Origin: Candidatus Poribacteria bacterium
GTDB lineage: Bacteria; Poribacteria; WGA-4E; WGA-3G
Direction of reading: 5' to 3'
DNA: 64,000 nucleotides
Assembly (NCBI GenBank): GCA_963665235.2
Contig: CAXXLX010000001.1
Span: 224,001 to 288,000 of the forward strand
Shown: positions 1 through 9,048 of the stretch, in pieces
How positions within the stretch are numbered: position 1 is the stretch's first letter
How the letters are laid out: the number at the start of each line of letters is the position of its first letter
The notes under the pieces: model-generated
What the model was told of the DNA's origin: nothing
Database searches by the model: none
The model's input: the letters and a program-made list of their open reading frames with translations, nothing else
Translations under genes and position numbers: made by a program

Positions 1-306
1 TACACCTGTCGTGCTACGGTTGACGATGTACGAAAGCTTGCTGCATCGGATGTGGTTTATGTTCATATCAATGACGCGCCAGAAGGGATTGACCCGGACG
101 ACCAGATTGACAGTATCCGCTGTCTTCCTGCTGAAACTGGGGTGATTCCGCTCACGGAGTTGATGATAGTGCTGACAGATATCGGTTATGATGGCCCTGT
201 GACTCCAGAACCGTTCAGTAAAGAGGTGAACGATATGGCACCGGCGGATGCTGCGAAAGCTACGGCTGAATCGCTAAATCAGGTATGGGAAAATGCAGGT
301 CTGTAA
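1..306 (+). CDS. Sugar phosphate isomerase/epimerase (xylose isomerase-like TIM barrel), 5'-partial
   Basis: Frame open from base 1 (YTCRATVDD...VVYVHINDAP). The HINDA, G-I-L and GYDGPVTPEPF motifs fit the C-terminal half of an AP-endonuclease-2-type TIM barrel. Confidence 0.75.
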   Translation, partial: YTCRATVDDVRKLAASDVVYVHINDAPEGIDPDDQIDSIRCLPAETGVIPLTELMIVLTDIGYDGPVTPEPFSKEVNDMAPADAAKATAESLNQVWENAGL

Positions 307-324
307 GTATTCTGTCTACCATAG

Positions 325-358
325 GCGCGCTGCATAAGCGTCCTACTGTTTTTTCGTG
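325..358 (+). terminator. Possible intrinsic terminator / hairpin
   Basis: taggcgc-gctgcataa-gcgtccta imperfect stem followed by ctgttttttc. Confidence 0.35.
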
Positions 359-419
359 GTGTCTATCCCATTTGCCCACCACCCTATTCTCGGAAGTAAG
401 TACAGGAGAGTAACACAAA

Positions 420-1229
420 GTGCAACTTATTGATAAAGAAAGCATCCTCGCGATGACACACTTATGGGAAGGCGACCGGTTTCCTGATGGGCGCCCCCGT
501 GTCCCTGACGATATTCTGCAACGGATGCAGGCTATCAGCATCGAGCAGGCGTGGGGTGTTCTTAACGGGAACAGCTATCGGTTTCAGTTTGCTGGGGAGT
601 GGATGAATCTGCATCCATCGCGTGTGCTCGTCGGTAGGGCGGTGACGTGCGCTTTTGTTCCGAGCCGTCCGGATTTCAACGATGCTATTTCTGCTCAAGG
701 TGAAAAGGAGGGACGCGTCGGTGGACAAAATTCATGGGTGATCGATACGCTTGTTCGTGATGATGTGATTGTGGTTGATCTGTTTGGTAAAATTAAGGAT
801 GGCACTTTCGCGGGGGATAATCTCGGCAATGCTATCTATGCGAAAACGGGAACAGGGATGGTAATTGATGGGGGTATCCGCGATTTGGATGGGATTTACG
901 AGCTGCCGGACTTCGCTACGTTCGTGCGCGGCGTAGATCCGACCGGTATTGCGAATGTCACACTTACCGGTATTAACATTCCTATCCGCATTGCGGAGGC
1001 GACTGTTTTACCGGGCGATGTGGTTTTGGGCAGACGGGGTGGTATTATCTTTATTCCGCCGCATTTTGCACAGCAGGTGGTTGAACAGGGTGAAGAGGTG
1101 CAACTCCGTGATAGGTTCGGACATCAACGTTTGCGGGAAGGGGTTTACACGCCCGGTGAAATTGATCGGAAATGGTCGGAGGAGATTGAGGCGGATTTCG
1201 CAAATTGGCGATTAGCAAATGGCGATTAG
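420..1229 (+). CDS. RraA family / HMG-CHA aldolase-like protein
   Basis: LVGRAVT, AGDNLG, VIDGGIRD and VLPGDVVLG motifs. RBS aggag upstream of the GTG start. Confidence 0.85.
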   Translation: MQLIDKESILAMTHLWEGDRFPDGRPRVPDDILQRMQAISIEQAWGVLNGNSYRFQFAGEWMNLHPSRVLVGRAVTCAFVPSRPDFNDAISAQGEKEGRVGGQNSWVIDTLVRDDVIVVDLFGKIKDGTFAGDNLGNAIYAKTGTGMVIDGGIRDLDGIYELPDFATFVRGVDPTGIANVTLTGINIPIRIAEATVLPGDVVLGRRGGIIFIPPHFAQQVVEQGEEVQLRDRFGHQRLREGVYTPGEIDRKWSEEIEADFANWRLANGD

Positions 1230-1300
1230 CAATTAGCAAGAAATATAAGAAAGAGAAGAGGGCTCTTCCTCTTGCTAACAACCAACAGCCAAAAAGCAAT
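1200..1300. repeat. Heptamer (gcaatta/gcgattg)-armed composite intergenic repeat
   Basis: Heptamer runs followed by aagagaagag...ctctt. Related copies at about 7236-7350, 32960-32980, 38307-38412, 47305-47425 and 59826-59942. Confidence 0.7.
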
Positions 1301-1366
1301 AAATTGCACTACTACGAACAGATAAATGTCTACATAATTCTAAGTTTTACTATAAAGGAATTTGTC

Positions 1367-2086
1367 TTGCGTAGCTACACTGACATCACAGACCGGTTGA
1401 ATCGCTTGAATCTGCCGTTGCATTTAGCCGGCACTGTTAGCGATTATCCGATACACTGGGTAAGTTTGGAATCGTCAGCGGATGCTCCTGAATATGTCCT
1501 TATCACGGGGGGTGTGCATGGCGATGAACCCGCAGGGGTTGAGGCGGTGCTCCAATTTCTTGAGCGGGATAATGCTGAACTCTTGAAACGGTTCGCGTTT
1601 GTAGTCATTCCGTGTGTGAATCCCTACGGGTTCGTTCACGATACGCGAACGAACCGTGAAGACGTGGATATTAACCGCGCCTTTGAAGAGGAAGAGGTGG
1701 CGGAGGTGGCGATTGTCAAACGTGTCCTCGGTCAAACGCAATTTTCGTTGGCGGTAGACTTTCACGAGGATTATGAGGCTAACGGTTTTTACCTCTATGA
1801 AGGCAAACGGGATGAGCAATATATCGGCGTAGCACTGGCTAAGGTTGCCAAAACTATCGGGCCGATAGACCCCGATGATTCGGGTGAAGATGCCCCCGAT
1901 ATTGCTGAAGGTGTCTACCAGGTCGCCTCGGAGTGGGGAACAGTGGGTTTAGCACCCTATCTATTGCATTTCCATAGTGAGCATGTTATTATCACTGAAA
2001 CACCGACCGTGTGGCCCCTATCACAACGCGCAGCACTCCATCTAGCGGTGTTGGATGCTGCTTTGATGAAAATTGAGGAGAAATAA
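1367..2086 (+). CDS. M14 family metallocarboxypeptidase / succinylglutamate desuccinylase-like
   Basis: GGVHGDE, NPYG, DINR, DFHED and ETPT motifs. The start was moved from 1205 to TTG 1367, which follows the RBS aaggaa; the extension is translated repeat. Confidence 0.85.
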   Translation: MRSYTDITDRLNRLNLPLHLAGTVSDYPIHWVSLESSADAPEYVLITGGVHGDEPAGVEAVLQFLERDNAELLKRFAFVVIPCVNPYGFVHDTRTNREDVDINRAFEEEEVAEVAIVKRVLGQTQFSLAVDFHEDYEANGFYLYEGKRDEQYIGVALAKVAKTIGPIDPDDSGEDAPDIAEGVYQVASEWGTVGLAPYLLHFHSEHVIITETPTVWPLSQRAALHLAVLDAALMKIEEK

Positions 2087-3351
2087 TGGAGCATGAAACG
2101 TCATCTATTGTATCAAATGTGAATACCGCCTCTCACCCTTCACAACTGAAGATTACGGATATGCGGATTGTTCGAACTCAAGTGGGCGGCCCTATTCTGA
2201 AATTGGATACGAATCAGGGTATCCATGGGCTCGGGGAGGTACGAGATGGGGCAAGTCCAACGTACGCGCTGATGCTCAAGAGCCGCATTTTGGGGGAAAA
2301 TCCGTGTAATGTGGATAAAATCTTCCGACAGATTAAACAGTTTGGACATCATGCGCGACAAGGCGGGGGTGTATGCGGCATTGAAATGGCACTGATGGAT
2401 TTGGCGGGTAAAGCCTACGGCGTGCCGTGTTATCAACTTGCTGGCGGAAAATTCCGAGACAAAATCCGCTGTTATAGCGATACCCCCTCCCTTAAAGACC
2501 CGGAGGCGATGGGGAAAAAACTCCAAGAACGGATTGATAAGGGATTCACTTTTCTGAAGATGGACATCGGTATCGGTTTGCTTCGCGGAACGCCAGGCAC
2601 ACTTTCAGCCCCGGATGGACATTTAGGGACACATAATATCAGGCACCCGTTTACAGGTATTCGTCTGACGGATAAAGGTATCGGTATATTGTGTGAATAT
2701 GTGGAGAGGGTTCGGGAGATTATTGGGTATGAGGTGCCGCTTGCCGCCGATCATTTCGGGCATATCGGGATTGAGGATTGTATCCGCCTCGCTAAGGCGT
2801 TGGAGAAATATAACCTTGCATGGTTGGAGGATATGGTGCCGTGGCAATACACTGACCAGTACGTCCGCCTCTCCAATTCCTGCGCGACACCGATTTGCAC
2901 AGGTGAGGACATTTATTGCAAGGAGGATTTCATGCCGTTGTTTGAAAATCGAGCGATTGCAATTTGTCACCCGGATATTGCGACATCGGGTGGAATTTTG
3001 GAAACGAAGAAGATTGGCGACCTGGCGGAAGAACACGGCATTGCGATGGCACTTCACATGGCGGGCACCCCTGTCTGTGCTATGGCAAGTGTGCATTGTG
3101 CTGCGGCGACATCTAATTTCTTGGTGTTAGAAAATCATTCTGTCGAGCAGCTGTGGTGGGATGAGATGGTCACGGGGCTGCCGAATCCGATTATTCAGGA
3201 TGGATATATTGCGGTACCAGAAACGCCGGGGTTGGGGATTGAACTGAACGAGGCAGTTATCCGCGAGCGTCTGCATTCGGCGGAGGCAGGTTATTTCGTG
3301 CCGACATCGGAATGGGATGCGGAACGTTCACACGATAGGTTGTGGAGTTAG
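2086..3351 (+). CDS. Mandelate racemase/muconate lactonizing enzyme (enolase superfamily)
   Basis: GIEMALMDLAGKA, KMDIG, ADHFGH, WLED and TGED motifs. The start overlaps the upstream stop. Confidence 0.9.
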   Translation: MEHETSSIVSNVNTASHPSQLKITDMRIVRTQVGGPILKLDTNQGIHGLGEVRDGASPTYALMLKSRILGENPCNVDKIFRQIKQFGHHARQGGGVCGIEMALMDLAGKAYGVPCYQLAGGKFRDKIRCYSDTPSLKDPEAMGKKLQERIDKGFTFLKMDIGIGLLRGTPGTLSAPDGHLGTHNIRHPFTGIRLTDKGIGILCEYVERVREIIGYEVPLAADHFGHIGIEDCIRLAKALEKYNLAWLEDMVPWQYTDQYVRLSNSCATPICTGEDIYCKEDFMPLFENRAIAICHPDIATSGGILETKKIGDLAEEHGIAMALHMAGTPVCAMASVHCAAATSNFLVLENHSVEQLWWDEMVTGLPNPIIQDGYIAVPETPGLGIELNEAVIRERLHSAEAGYFVPTSEWDAERSHDRLWS

Positions 3352-3377
3352 GAGGAGGGGTGTAAAGTTTTGGCTAA

Positions 3378-3450
3378 AAGGAAGGGGAAGGATGGAAGAG
3401 GGGAAGGATGGAAGAGGGGAAGGATGGAAGAGGGGAAAGATGGAAGGATG
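3378..3450. repeat. Purine-rich octamer tandem repeat (ggaaggat/ggaagagg)
   Basis: Seen directly between convergent genes. Similar run at 9981-10048. Confidence 0.8.
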
Positions 3451-3494
3451 GTTGATAAGTCGTTATGATAATGGGATTTAAGAGGAAAACATAA

Positions 3495-3520
3495 CGGGCG
3501 GGGGAACCCCGCCCCTACGA
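3495..3520 (-). repeat. GTAG-type REP-like hairpin (gggcgggg-aa-ccccgccc-ctac)
   Basis: Palindrome followed by CTAC. Family members at about 7370-7390, 8970-8993, 47438-47465 and 53401-53426. Confidence 0.7.
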
Positions 3521-3529
3521 GGTTTAACA

Positions 3530-5029
3530 CTAATCAAGCGGCTGTCCCAAAACTTCGTCAACTATTTGCTGCGTTTCTCTGTGTGCATTCTCAATTTTGG
3601 TCTGGCAGGTATGGATATGGTGCGCGATTTCGTTCAGTTGTTTATCGAAATTATCTATCATCCGCGAAACCTCTGTGGGTGAAGTGCCGCCGAGGCTCCG
3701 ATTGTTCTGAATTGCCCATTTTGGGTCCAGAATCCGCTGTAGTTGCGAAATCGGTACGTCAAGCTGCTTCTGTTTCAGGAGTGCTTGTGTTAGCTCCCAA
3801 TCGGCGAACGTCTTTTCCTGCTGCACAAGTTCCCCGACAAGCCATCCTACAATCTCATGAGATTCCCGAAAACTAATATGGTATTCCTTAACGAGATAAT
3901 TGGCGAGCTCTGTGGCCGTTGCGAAGTTCGCGTTTACTAACGCGGCCATCCGCTCTGTTTTAAAATCTGTTGTTTTGAGCACTTCCGGAAGCACGCTAAG
4001 GCACGCCTTCACAATATCGAACGCTTCCCAGAGTGGGGGTTTATCCTCCTGAAAATCGCGGTTGTATCCCATGGGTAATCCCTTGAGATTCGTCAAGAGG
4101 TCTAACAGTGCGCCGTAGACGCGTCCTGTTCTCCCCCGCGTGAGTTCTAGAATGTCCGGGTTCTTTTTCTGTGGCATGATAGAACTGCCGGAGCTGTACG
4201 CATCATCAAGCACGGCTATCCCGAACTCATAAGTTGTCCAATAGACTATTTCTTCACTAATCCGTGAGAGGTTCGCCATTACAAGGGACAAGGCGAAGAG
4301 CGTCTCTGCAATAAAATCGCGGCTGCTAATTACATCGAGGGCGTGTTCATGTAGTGTATCGAACCCCAATAATTTTGTAGTGAGGTGGCGGTCAATCGGG
4401 AAGGTTGTGCCCGCTAAGGCGCATGCCCCTAGCGGATTCATGTTGGCAAGTGTGTATGCGGCCCGTAGTCGTTTCTGGTCACGCAGGAACATGCTGATGT
4501 ATGCTGTCGCCCAGAAACCGAGGCTAATCGGTTGGGCATGCTGTGTATGCGTATAGCCGGGCATGACGGTGTTGATGTGTGCTTTGGCAATTTGTAGGAA
4601 GGCGTTGCAGAATGCGGTGATGCCGCGCTGTATATTTAGAATCTCTTCGCGTATGTAGAGGTGTGCGTCAACGAGCACTTGGTCATTGCGGGAGCGGGCG
4701 GTGTGAAGTTTCCCTCCGAATTCGGTGCCTGCGTTGTCAATGAGATATGCCTCGACGTTCATGTGAACGTCCTCTTTATTGGGGTCGAGGGTGAAGTTGC
4801 CGTTCTGAAAGTCCTCTTCCGCTTTTCGTAGCCAGCGTAAAATCTCGCGGAGGTCGGCATCGGAGATAATTCCTTTCCGTGCAAGCATAATGGCGTGTGC
4901 TTGACTTCCCCAGATGTCGTATCCGATGAGACGGGTATCTGCCTCAATGGAGTGTGTGAAGGCGATTGTCTCTGTGGTGAGGGTTGTGCTAAAACGTCCA
5001 CCCCAGAGGGTTTTTTGTGGAATTTTCAT
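3530..5029 (-). CDS. argH: Argininosuccinate lyase
   Basis: LWGGRF, HTARSRNDQV, MPGYTH, GSSIMPQKKNPD and YNRDFQEDK motifs. Start set at MKIPQK. Confidence 0.96.
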   Translation of the reverse strand: MKIPQKTLWGGRFSTTLTTETIAFTHSIEADTRLIGYDIWGSQAHAIMLARKGIISDADLREILRWLRKAEEDFQNGNFTLDPNKEDVHMNVEAYLIDNAGTEFGGKLHTARSRNDQVLVDAHLYIREEILNIQRGITAFCNAFLQIAKAHINTVMPGYTHTQHAQPISLGFWATAYISMFLRDQKRLRAAYTLANMNPLGACALAGTTFPIDRHLTTKLLGFDTLHEHALDVISSRDFIAETLFALSLVMANLSRISEEIVYWTTYEFGIAVLDDAYSSGSSIMPQKKNPDILELTRGRTGRVYGALLDLLTNLKGLPMGYNRDFQEDKPPLWEAFDIVKACLSVLPEVLKTTDFKTERMAALVNANFATATELANYLVKEYHISFRESHEIVGWLVGELVQQEKTFADWELTQALLKQKQLDVPISQLQRILDPKWAIQNNRSLGGTSPTEVSRMIDNFDKQLNEIAHHIHTCQTKIENAHRETQQIVDEVLGQPLD

Positions 5030-5048
5030 GTTTTTGTAGATTAGTATT

Positions 5049-5282
5049 TCAGTCAAAACGCGGGGGTTCTCGCATTGGCTCGCGTGGCGGTATCTCAAGT
5101 TCCACGCCCCCGAAAGGTTTGAAAAGTTCGTGGATTACCGTTCCGAGACCCCGCGTAGGCAAGTCGTTTTGCCCCTCCTCATTTTGAAGACAGGAGAGAT
5201 AATCAACAGCTGCTTTGCGCTCTTCAGTAGAGAGTTGTTTGATTAATCGAATTGCGCGCTGTTGCAAGTCAACTTTTTCCAT
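5049..5282 (-). CDS. Small antitoxin-like protein
   Basis: The C-terminus LGTVIHELFKPFGGVELEIPPREPMREPPRFD resembles FitA/StbC-type antitoxin tails. RBS aggag. Confidence 0.55.
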   Translation of the reverse strand: MEKVDLQQRAIRLIKQLSTEERKAAVDYLSCLQNEEGQNDLPTRGLGTVIHELFKPFGGVELEIPPREPMREPPRFD

Positions 5283-5428
5283 GATAAATCTCCTAAATCT
5301 TCATGTTTGTCAAACAATTGGAAAACGTCTGCTGCCACAGAAACCTGATCTTGTTCTGTCCAGATTCCGTAGTCATCATCATAGATGATGGTTTCATGAC
5401 GAGCCCGATATAATTCATCTTCCATCAT
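5243..5428 (-). CDS. Small acidic hypothetical protein
   Basis: 61 aa ORF with RBS aggag. It overlaps the downstream ORF start. Confidence 0.4.
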   Translation of the reverse strand: MMEDELYRARHETIIYDDDYGIWTEQDQVSVAADVFQLFDKHEDLGDLSWKKLTCNSAQFD

Positions 5429-5464
5429 AAATCTCCTAGCTTTCCAGATAGGTGAATACCGAAC

Positions 5465-6319
5465 CTATGCAGCCTGCGGTGGCCGCCGCGGTGCCATGGG
5501 TTGGATAATCCTGCGCTGATCGGGAGTCAGCCGTGCTAATAATTCAGGTGAATGCGGATAGTCGAAACGTTCCCGGACATATCTTGGCGAATAACGGTAG
5601 ACAATTGAGCGGCGATACCCAGGATTCGTCCGTTCGGCGGACCCGTGAGTGATTGCATCGGTGAACATGACGACATCTCCGGCTTTCAGATGTACCTCTT
5701 GTGTTGCGAAGGCAGTTCCAGCAGGTTTTCCGGTAAAACCGTCGTAAACTATCCCCTTTCCATCATGCTTTAAACGGGGGTGGATTTCCGCGGATTTATG
5801 GCTTCCTGGGATGAGTACAGGCGCGCCATCCCCCGGCCCGATGTCGTTGAGTGCCATGAGGACGTTAATTTGTCCGACAAGCCATTCGCCAGTATTAATC
5901 TGGCGGAATGTCAGATAACTCAGCGGGACATGTCCGCCACAGTGGATATGAATGAAACCGCCCGGGCCGCGGACGTTGAGAAAATTCTCGTGGATAGAGA
6001 GGCCGTTCACCTCATGGACATATCTTCGAATCATATTTATCCAGGCGGGGTGGTCAATTAGCTTTTGAAAAACTTCGCCGCCCTCAATGATATTCTGGAA
6101 ATTGACTCCGTTTTCGATATTGTAGGTGTGGGTTTCGATATTCCCAATCCAGCGTGGAATTCGCCTATCTTCGGAATTGGGTTCCCAGGGGTGTTCAACG
6201 TATTCCCAATGGGTATCAATCCATTCGTTGATTTTGGCGAGGTCTTCGGGTTCAATTGCGTTCTCCAAGATGAGGTATCCTTGGAGGTCAAAAAGATAAT
6301 CGAGTTGTTCCTGGTCCAT
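5465..6319 (-). CDS. Phytanoyl-CoA dioxygenase (PhyH) family Fe(II)/2OG oxygenase
   Basis: FDLQGYLILENA, IHCGG, DIGPGDG...IPGSHK and AGDVVMFTDAITHGS motifs. Confidence 0.88.
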   Translation of the reverse strand: MDQEQLDYLFDLQGYLILENAIEPEDLAKINEWIDTHWEYVEHPWEPNSEDRRIPRWIGNIETHTYNIENGVNFQNIIEGGEVFQKLIDHPAWINMIRRYVHEVNGLSIHENFLNVRGPGGFIHIHCGGHVPLSYLTFRQINTGEWLVGQINVLMALNDIGPGDGAPVLIPGSHKSAEIHPRLKHDGKGIVYDGFTGKPAGTAFATQEVHLKAGDVVMFTDAITHGSAERTNPGYRRSIVYRYSPRYVRERFDYPHSPELLARLTPDQRRIIQPMAPRRPPQAA

Positions 6320-6417
6320 ATTTTATCTCCTAAGGAAGGATAGGACGAAGAAGCACAAGCAACCTCTTCGTTCCATCTTTCCAAACTTCCTGCTTATGGC
6401 GTTTAGCACGGACATTT

Positions 6418-7221
6418 TTACAGGTAGGCATCCAATTCAGCCTCGGTAGGTGTAGATGTTGAGATACCGTCTTCGGGAATGTCTACGCCGGCTGTCCATA
6501 CAATTGCGTTGAGGATTAATTTGCGGAGTCGGTCGTCTCCCCAATTTTTATGGAGATGTCCGCCGGTAAACCCGAACCCGCGTCCGCCATCTTCGCGCTC
6601 TACACACCAAGCGAGATGCTGGGGCTCTCCGTTTGCAACTGATGCTCGGACATGCGGATTGCCGCTGTGCGGACCGTCCGGTCTCGTAAGCGTTGACTCT
6701 GGTGCGATTGCGCTTAACAGTGGGGTTACCCCCTCCATATTCTCCCGAAACCGCATGTGGTAATACCACTCGTCCTCTAATGAAAACGGCTCTAATCCGC
6801 GGGTTATGGGGTGGTCAGGGAAACCGGTGAAGGTTGCTGTCCAGTACGGGTTGACTGAGAGGTGCGTTTCAAAATAGCCGCCAATCCAGTCTAGGAAGCG
6901 GTCTCCGGGTTCTCCTTTTGGGACTTCAACTGCGTAGTGCAGCATGGCAAGCCCAACGCCTGTTTCCATTAAATCAGCGATTTGGTCAAGATGCGGAATA
7001 GCGAGGTGGCCGCCTCCGCCATCTGAATAGACAACGATAGCGTCTGTGTTCTCAAAAACTGCCGCATCTGTGGGCCAGCCGCGAAACACGACCGATTCAA
7101 CAGTGTCCACGGTGTCGTTCAACTGTGCTGCGAGGTAGTTGCATCCAGCGGGGTGTTCGTGAGCTCCGCCGCCGTGGCTTGCATTTCCGGCTACAAAAAC
7201 AATTCGAGATATGTTTGACAT
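6418..7221 (-). CDS. ThuA domain (trehalose-utilisation-like) protein
   Basis: AGNASHGGGAHEH, DHPITRG, DEWYY, GGRGFGFTGGH and LILNAIVW motifs. Start at ATG 7221 after ggag. Confidence 0.85.
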   Translation of the reverse strand: MSNISRIVFVAGNASHGGGAHEHPAGCNYLAAQLNDTVDTVESVVFRGWPTDAAVFENTDAIVVYSDGGGGHLAIPHLDQIADLMETGVGLAMLHYAVEVPKGEPGDRFLDWIGGYFETHLSVNPYWTATFTGFPDHPITRGLEPFSLEDEWYYHMRFRENMEGVTPLLSAIAPESTLTRPDGPHSGNPHVRASVANGEPQHLAWCVEREDGGRGFGFTGGHLHKNWGDDRLRKLILNAIVWTAGVDIPEDGISTSTPTEAELDAYL

Positions 7222-7235
7222 GTTCACTCCTTAAT

Positions 7236-7451
7236 TTGGCAATTAGCAATTGGCGATTGGCGATTGGCAAATAGCAAGAGAAAGAAAAGAGAAGAGCCTC
7301 TTATATTTCTGGTTTCCATAAGCCATAAGCCATAGGTTTCCAACGGTTTCCAAATAAGAGGGCGACCTAGCGGGCGAGGAGACCTCGCCTAGAGGAGCGG
7401 GGAACTGTTTGCCCGAATACTGATGGCCCTGCTAAATTTACGTAAGTCCTA
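7236..7451. repeat. Composite repeat: heptamer arm, REP-like hairpin with 32-nt insert, and one MITE end (tacgtaagtccta)
   Basis: Colinear with 47305-47492, except that the 32-nt element at 7390-7421 replaces CCTAC. Confidence 0.75.
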
Positions 7452-7467
7452 TCTTAGGTGAGATTTA

Positions 7468-8055
7468 TCAATTTTCAATGTCGGGACGGTCAATATGCCT
7501 GTCAACGTCATGAGCGTCGTAAACATCAAAAACTGCTTCGCAAAATGCAATTATCTTTTCGTCTCCGATTTTCAATGCGTTTTGATACATTCTGATGAAA
7601 TATCTTTTGCCCGCTTCCGTTTGTGAATAGTTACGCTTGCGCAAGTTATGCTCGTAGCAAAGAGTTTGCCCATTATCGATTGTATTGGTACCGCCCTTAT
7701 CTTTCGGTTTAATATGGTCAGCGGCAATCTCAACGCCTTCTTTAAGGCCACGCCCACAGACGACACAACGATAGTCGTCGCGTTCAAAAATAGTTTCTCT
7801 GGCCCGTGGAGAAAACTCAAATAGGACAACTTCGTGGACATAGCTTGGGTCGTACTTGTAAACGCCTTTCTTGACCTTGATTAGTCTTCCCTCTTGATGG
7901 AGTTTCCTGATGGTTCTCCACGGATCGCGCGGTGGTTGGCCATGTTCCTGCTGGTATTGTTCTGTTACCCAATCAACTACGGGCCCGTGAGGGAGGTCTT
8001 CGTTCGGATGATTCCTAAAATATGTCAGGACAAGTTCACGAATTGTCTTTGCCAT
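7468..8055 (-). CDS. HNH endonuclease, probable restriction enzyme of the adjacent methyltransferase
   Basis: RDDYRCVVCG...DHIKPKDKGG...NGQTLCYEHN HNH/Zn motif. The start MAKTIRE overlaps the end of the methyltransferase gene. Confidence 0.85.
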   Translation of the reverse strand: MAKTIRELVLTYFRNHPNEDLPHGPVVDWVTEQYQQEHGQPPRDPWRTIRKLHQEGRLIKVKKGVYKYDPSYVHEVVLFEFSPRARETIFERDDYRCVVCGRGLKEGVEIAADHIKPKDKGGTNTIDNGQTLCYEHNLRKRNYSQTEAGKRYFIRMYQNALKIGDEKIIAFCEAVFDVYDAHDVDRHIDRPDIEN

Positions 8056-8839
8056 CGCCCCTATCCTCTGCTTCAAATAGACCGAGCTGCTCTGCTTCTC
8101 GACAGATCCGTTCTTTGGCAAGTTTACAATACCCCGCATCAACCTCAATTCCGATGCCATGGCGTTTGTTTAAGTGTGCAGCGACTAAAGTGGTCCCACT
8201 GCCCATAAACGGGTCGAGGACTGTGTCACCTACGTAACTGAAAAGTTTGATGCATCGTCGCGGCAGCTCAATCGGAAATGGGGCGGGATGCCCAATCCGT
8301 TTCTTGCTTTCACCGGGGAAGGTCCAGAGGCCGTTTGTCCACTCCATGAACTCCTCTTTGTTCATGTCCGATTCACCGCTACCCCCTGTTTTTTTCCACT
8401 GTTCCTTGTAGAGAATTACGATGAGTTCCACGGGCGCGATGACATAAGGTGCAGATGCCTTCAACCACGAACCCCAGGCGGTCCTTCTTGAGATGTTGCC
8501 TTCATTCCAGACAATTGTTGAATGGTATTGAAAACCTATTTCGGTTGCTAATTTCGTCAGGTCAGCACCGACGTGTTGCTGTCCGCCCTTGTTTTTGTCG
8601 AGCGGGATATTAAGGCAGAAACGTCCATCTCGTTTCAACCACTCAAGACATCGAGAAAACCACTCTTCGGAGAAAGTGAGATAGTCGGGGTAGGAGAGTG
8701 CATCGTCATTAGAGTTATATTCTATATTAACGTTGTAAGGTGGCGATGTGACGATAAGGTCGATGCTATCTTTTTCAATGGCGTGCGTCGTCAGGACATT
8801 TTCGTTGATTATCGTAAATCGCTCGTCGCTAAAATACAC
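8036..8839 (-). CDS. Site-specific DNA methyltransferase, beta class, probably N4-cytosine
   Basis: TSPPY (motif IV) precedes HPAPFP and VLDPFMGSGTT (motif I). TRD region TAWGSWLKASAP. Confidence 0.93.
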   Translation of the reverse strand: MYFSDERFTIINENVLTTHAIEKDSIDLIVTSPPYNVNIEYNSNDDALSYPDYLTFSEEWFSRCLEWLKRDGRFCLNIPLDKNKGGQQHVGADLTKLATEIGFQYHSTIVWNEGNISRRTAWGSWLKASAPYVIAPVELIVILYKEQWKKTGGSGESDMNKEEFMEWTNGLWTFPGESKKRIGHPAPFPIELPRRCIKLFSYVGDTVLDPFMGSGTTLVAAHLNKRHGIGIEVDAGYCKLAKERICREAEQLGLFEAEDRGDGKDNS

Positions 8840-9048
8840 GTTTGTCTCCTATACGTGGGCAGTTGTTATCGTAAAATTTACTAAGATGAGGATATCAACA
8901 TTCAGTATATCATTAAAAATTTGTGAAGTCAATGAAAAATGAATCGGGTCAACGATACACATTTCAAATCGGGCGGGGAAACCCAGCCCCTACACACCGC
9001 AATTCATAACGAAACAGAAGATAGCATGGTGATGTATTGGGGCAGGGA

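Noticed and set aside
1205-1366. N-terminal extension of the M14 peptidase (similar extensions on argH, HNH, kdsB, GT4 and ZIP)
   Set aside because: The extensions run through repeats or neighbouring genes, and better starts with an RBS or gene overlap lie downstream.
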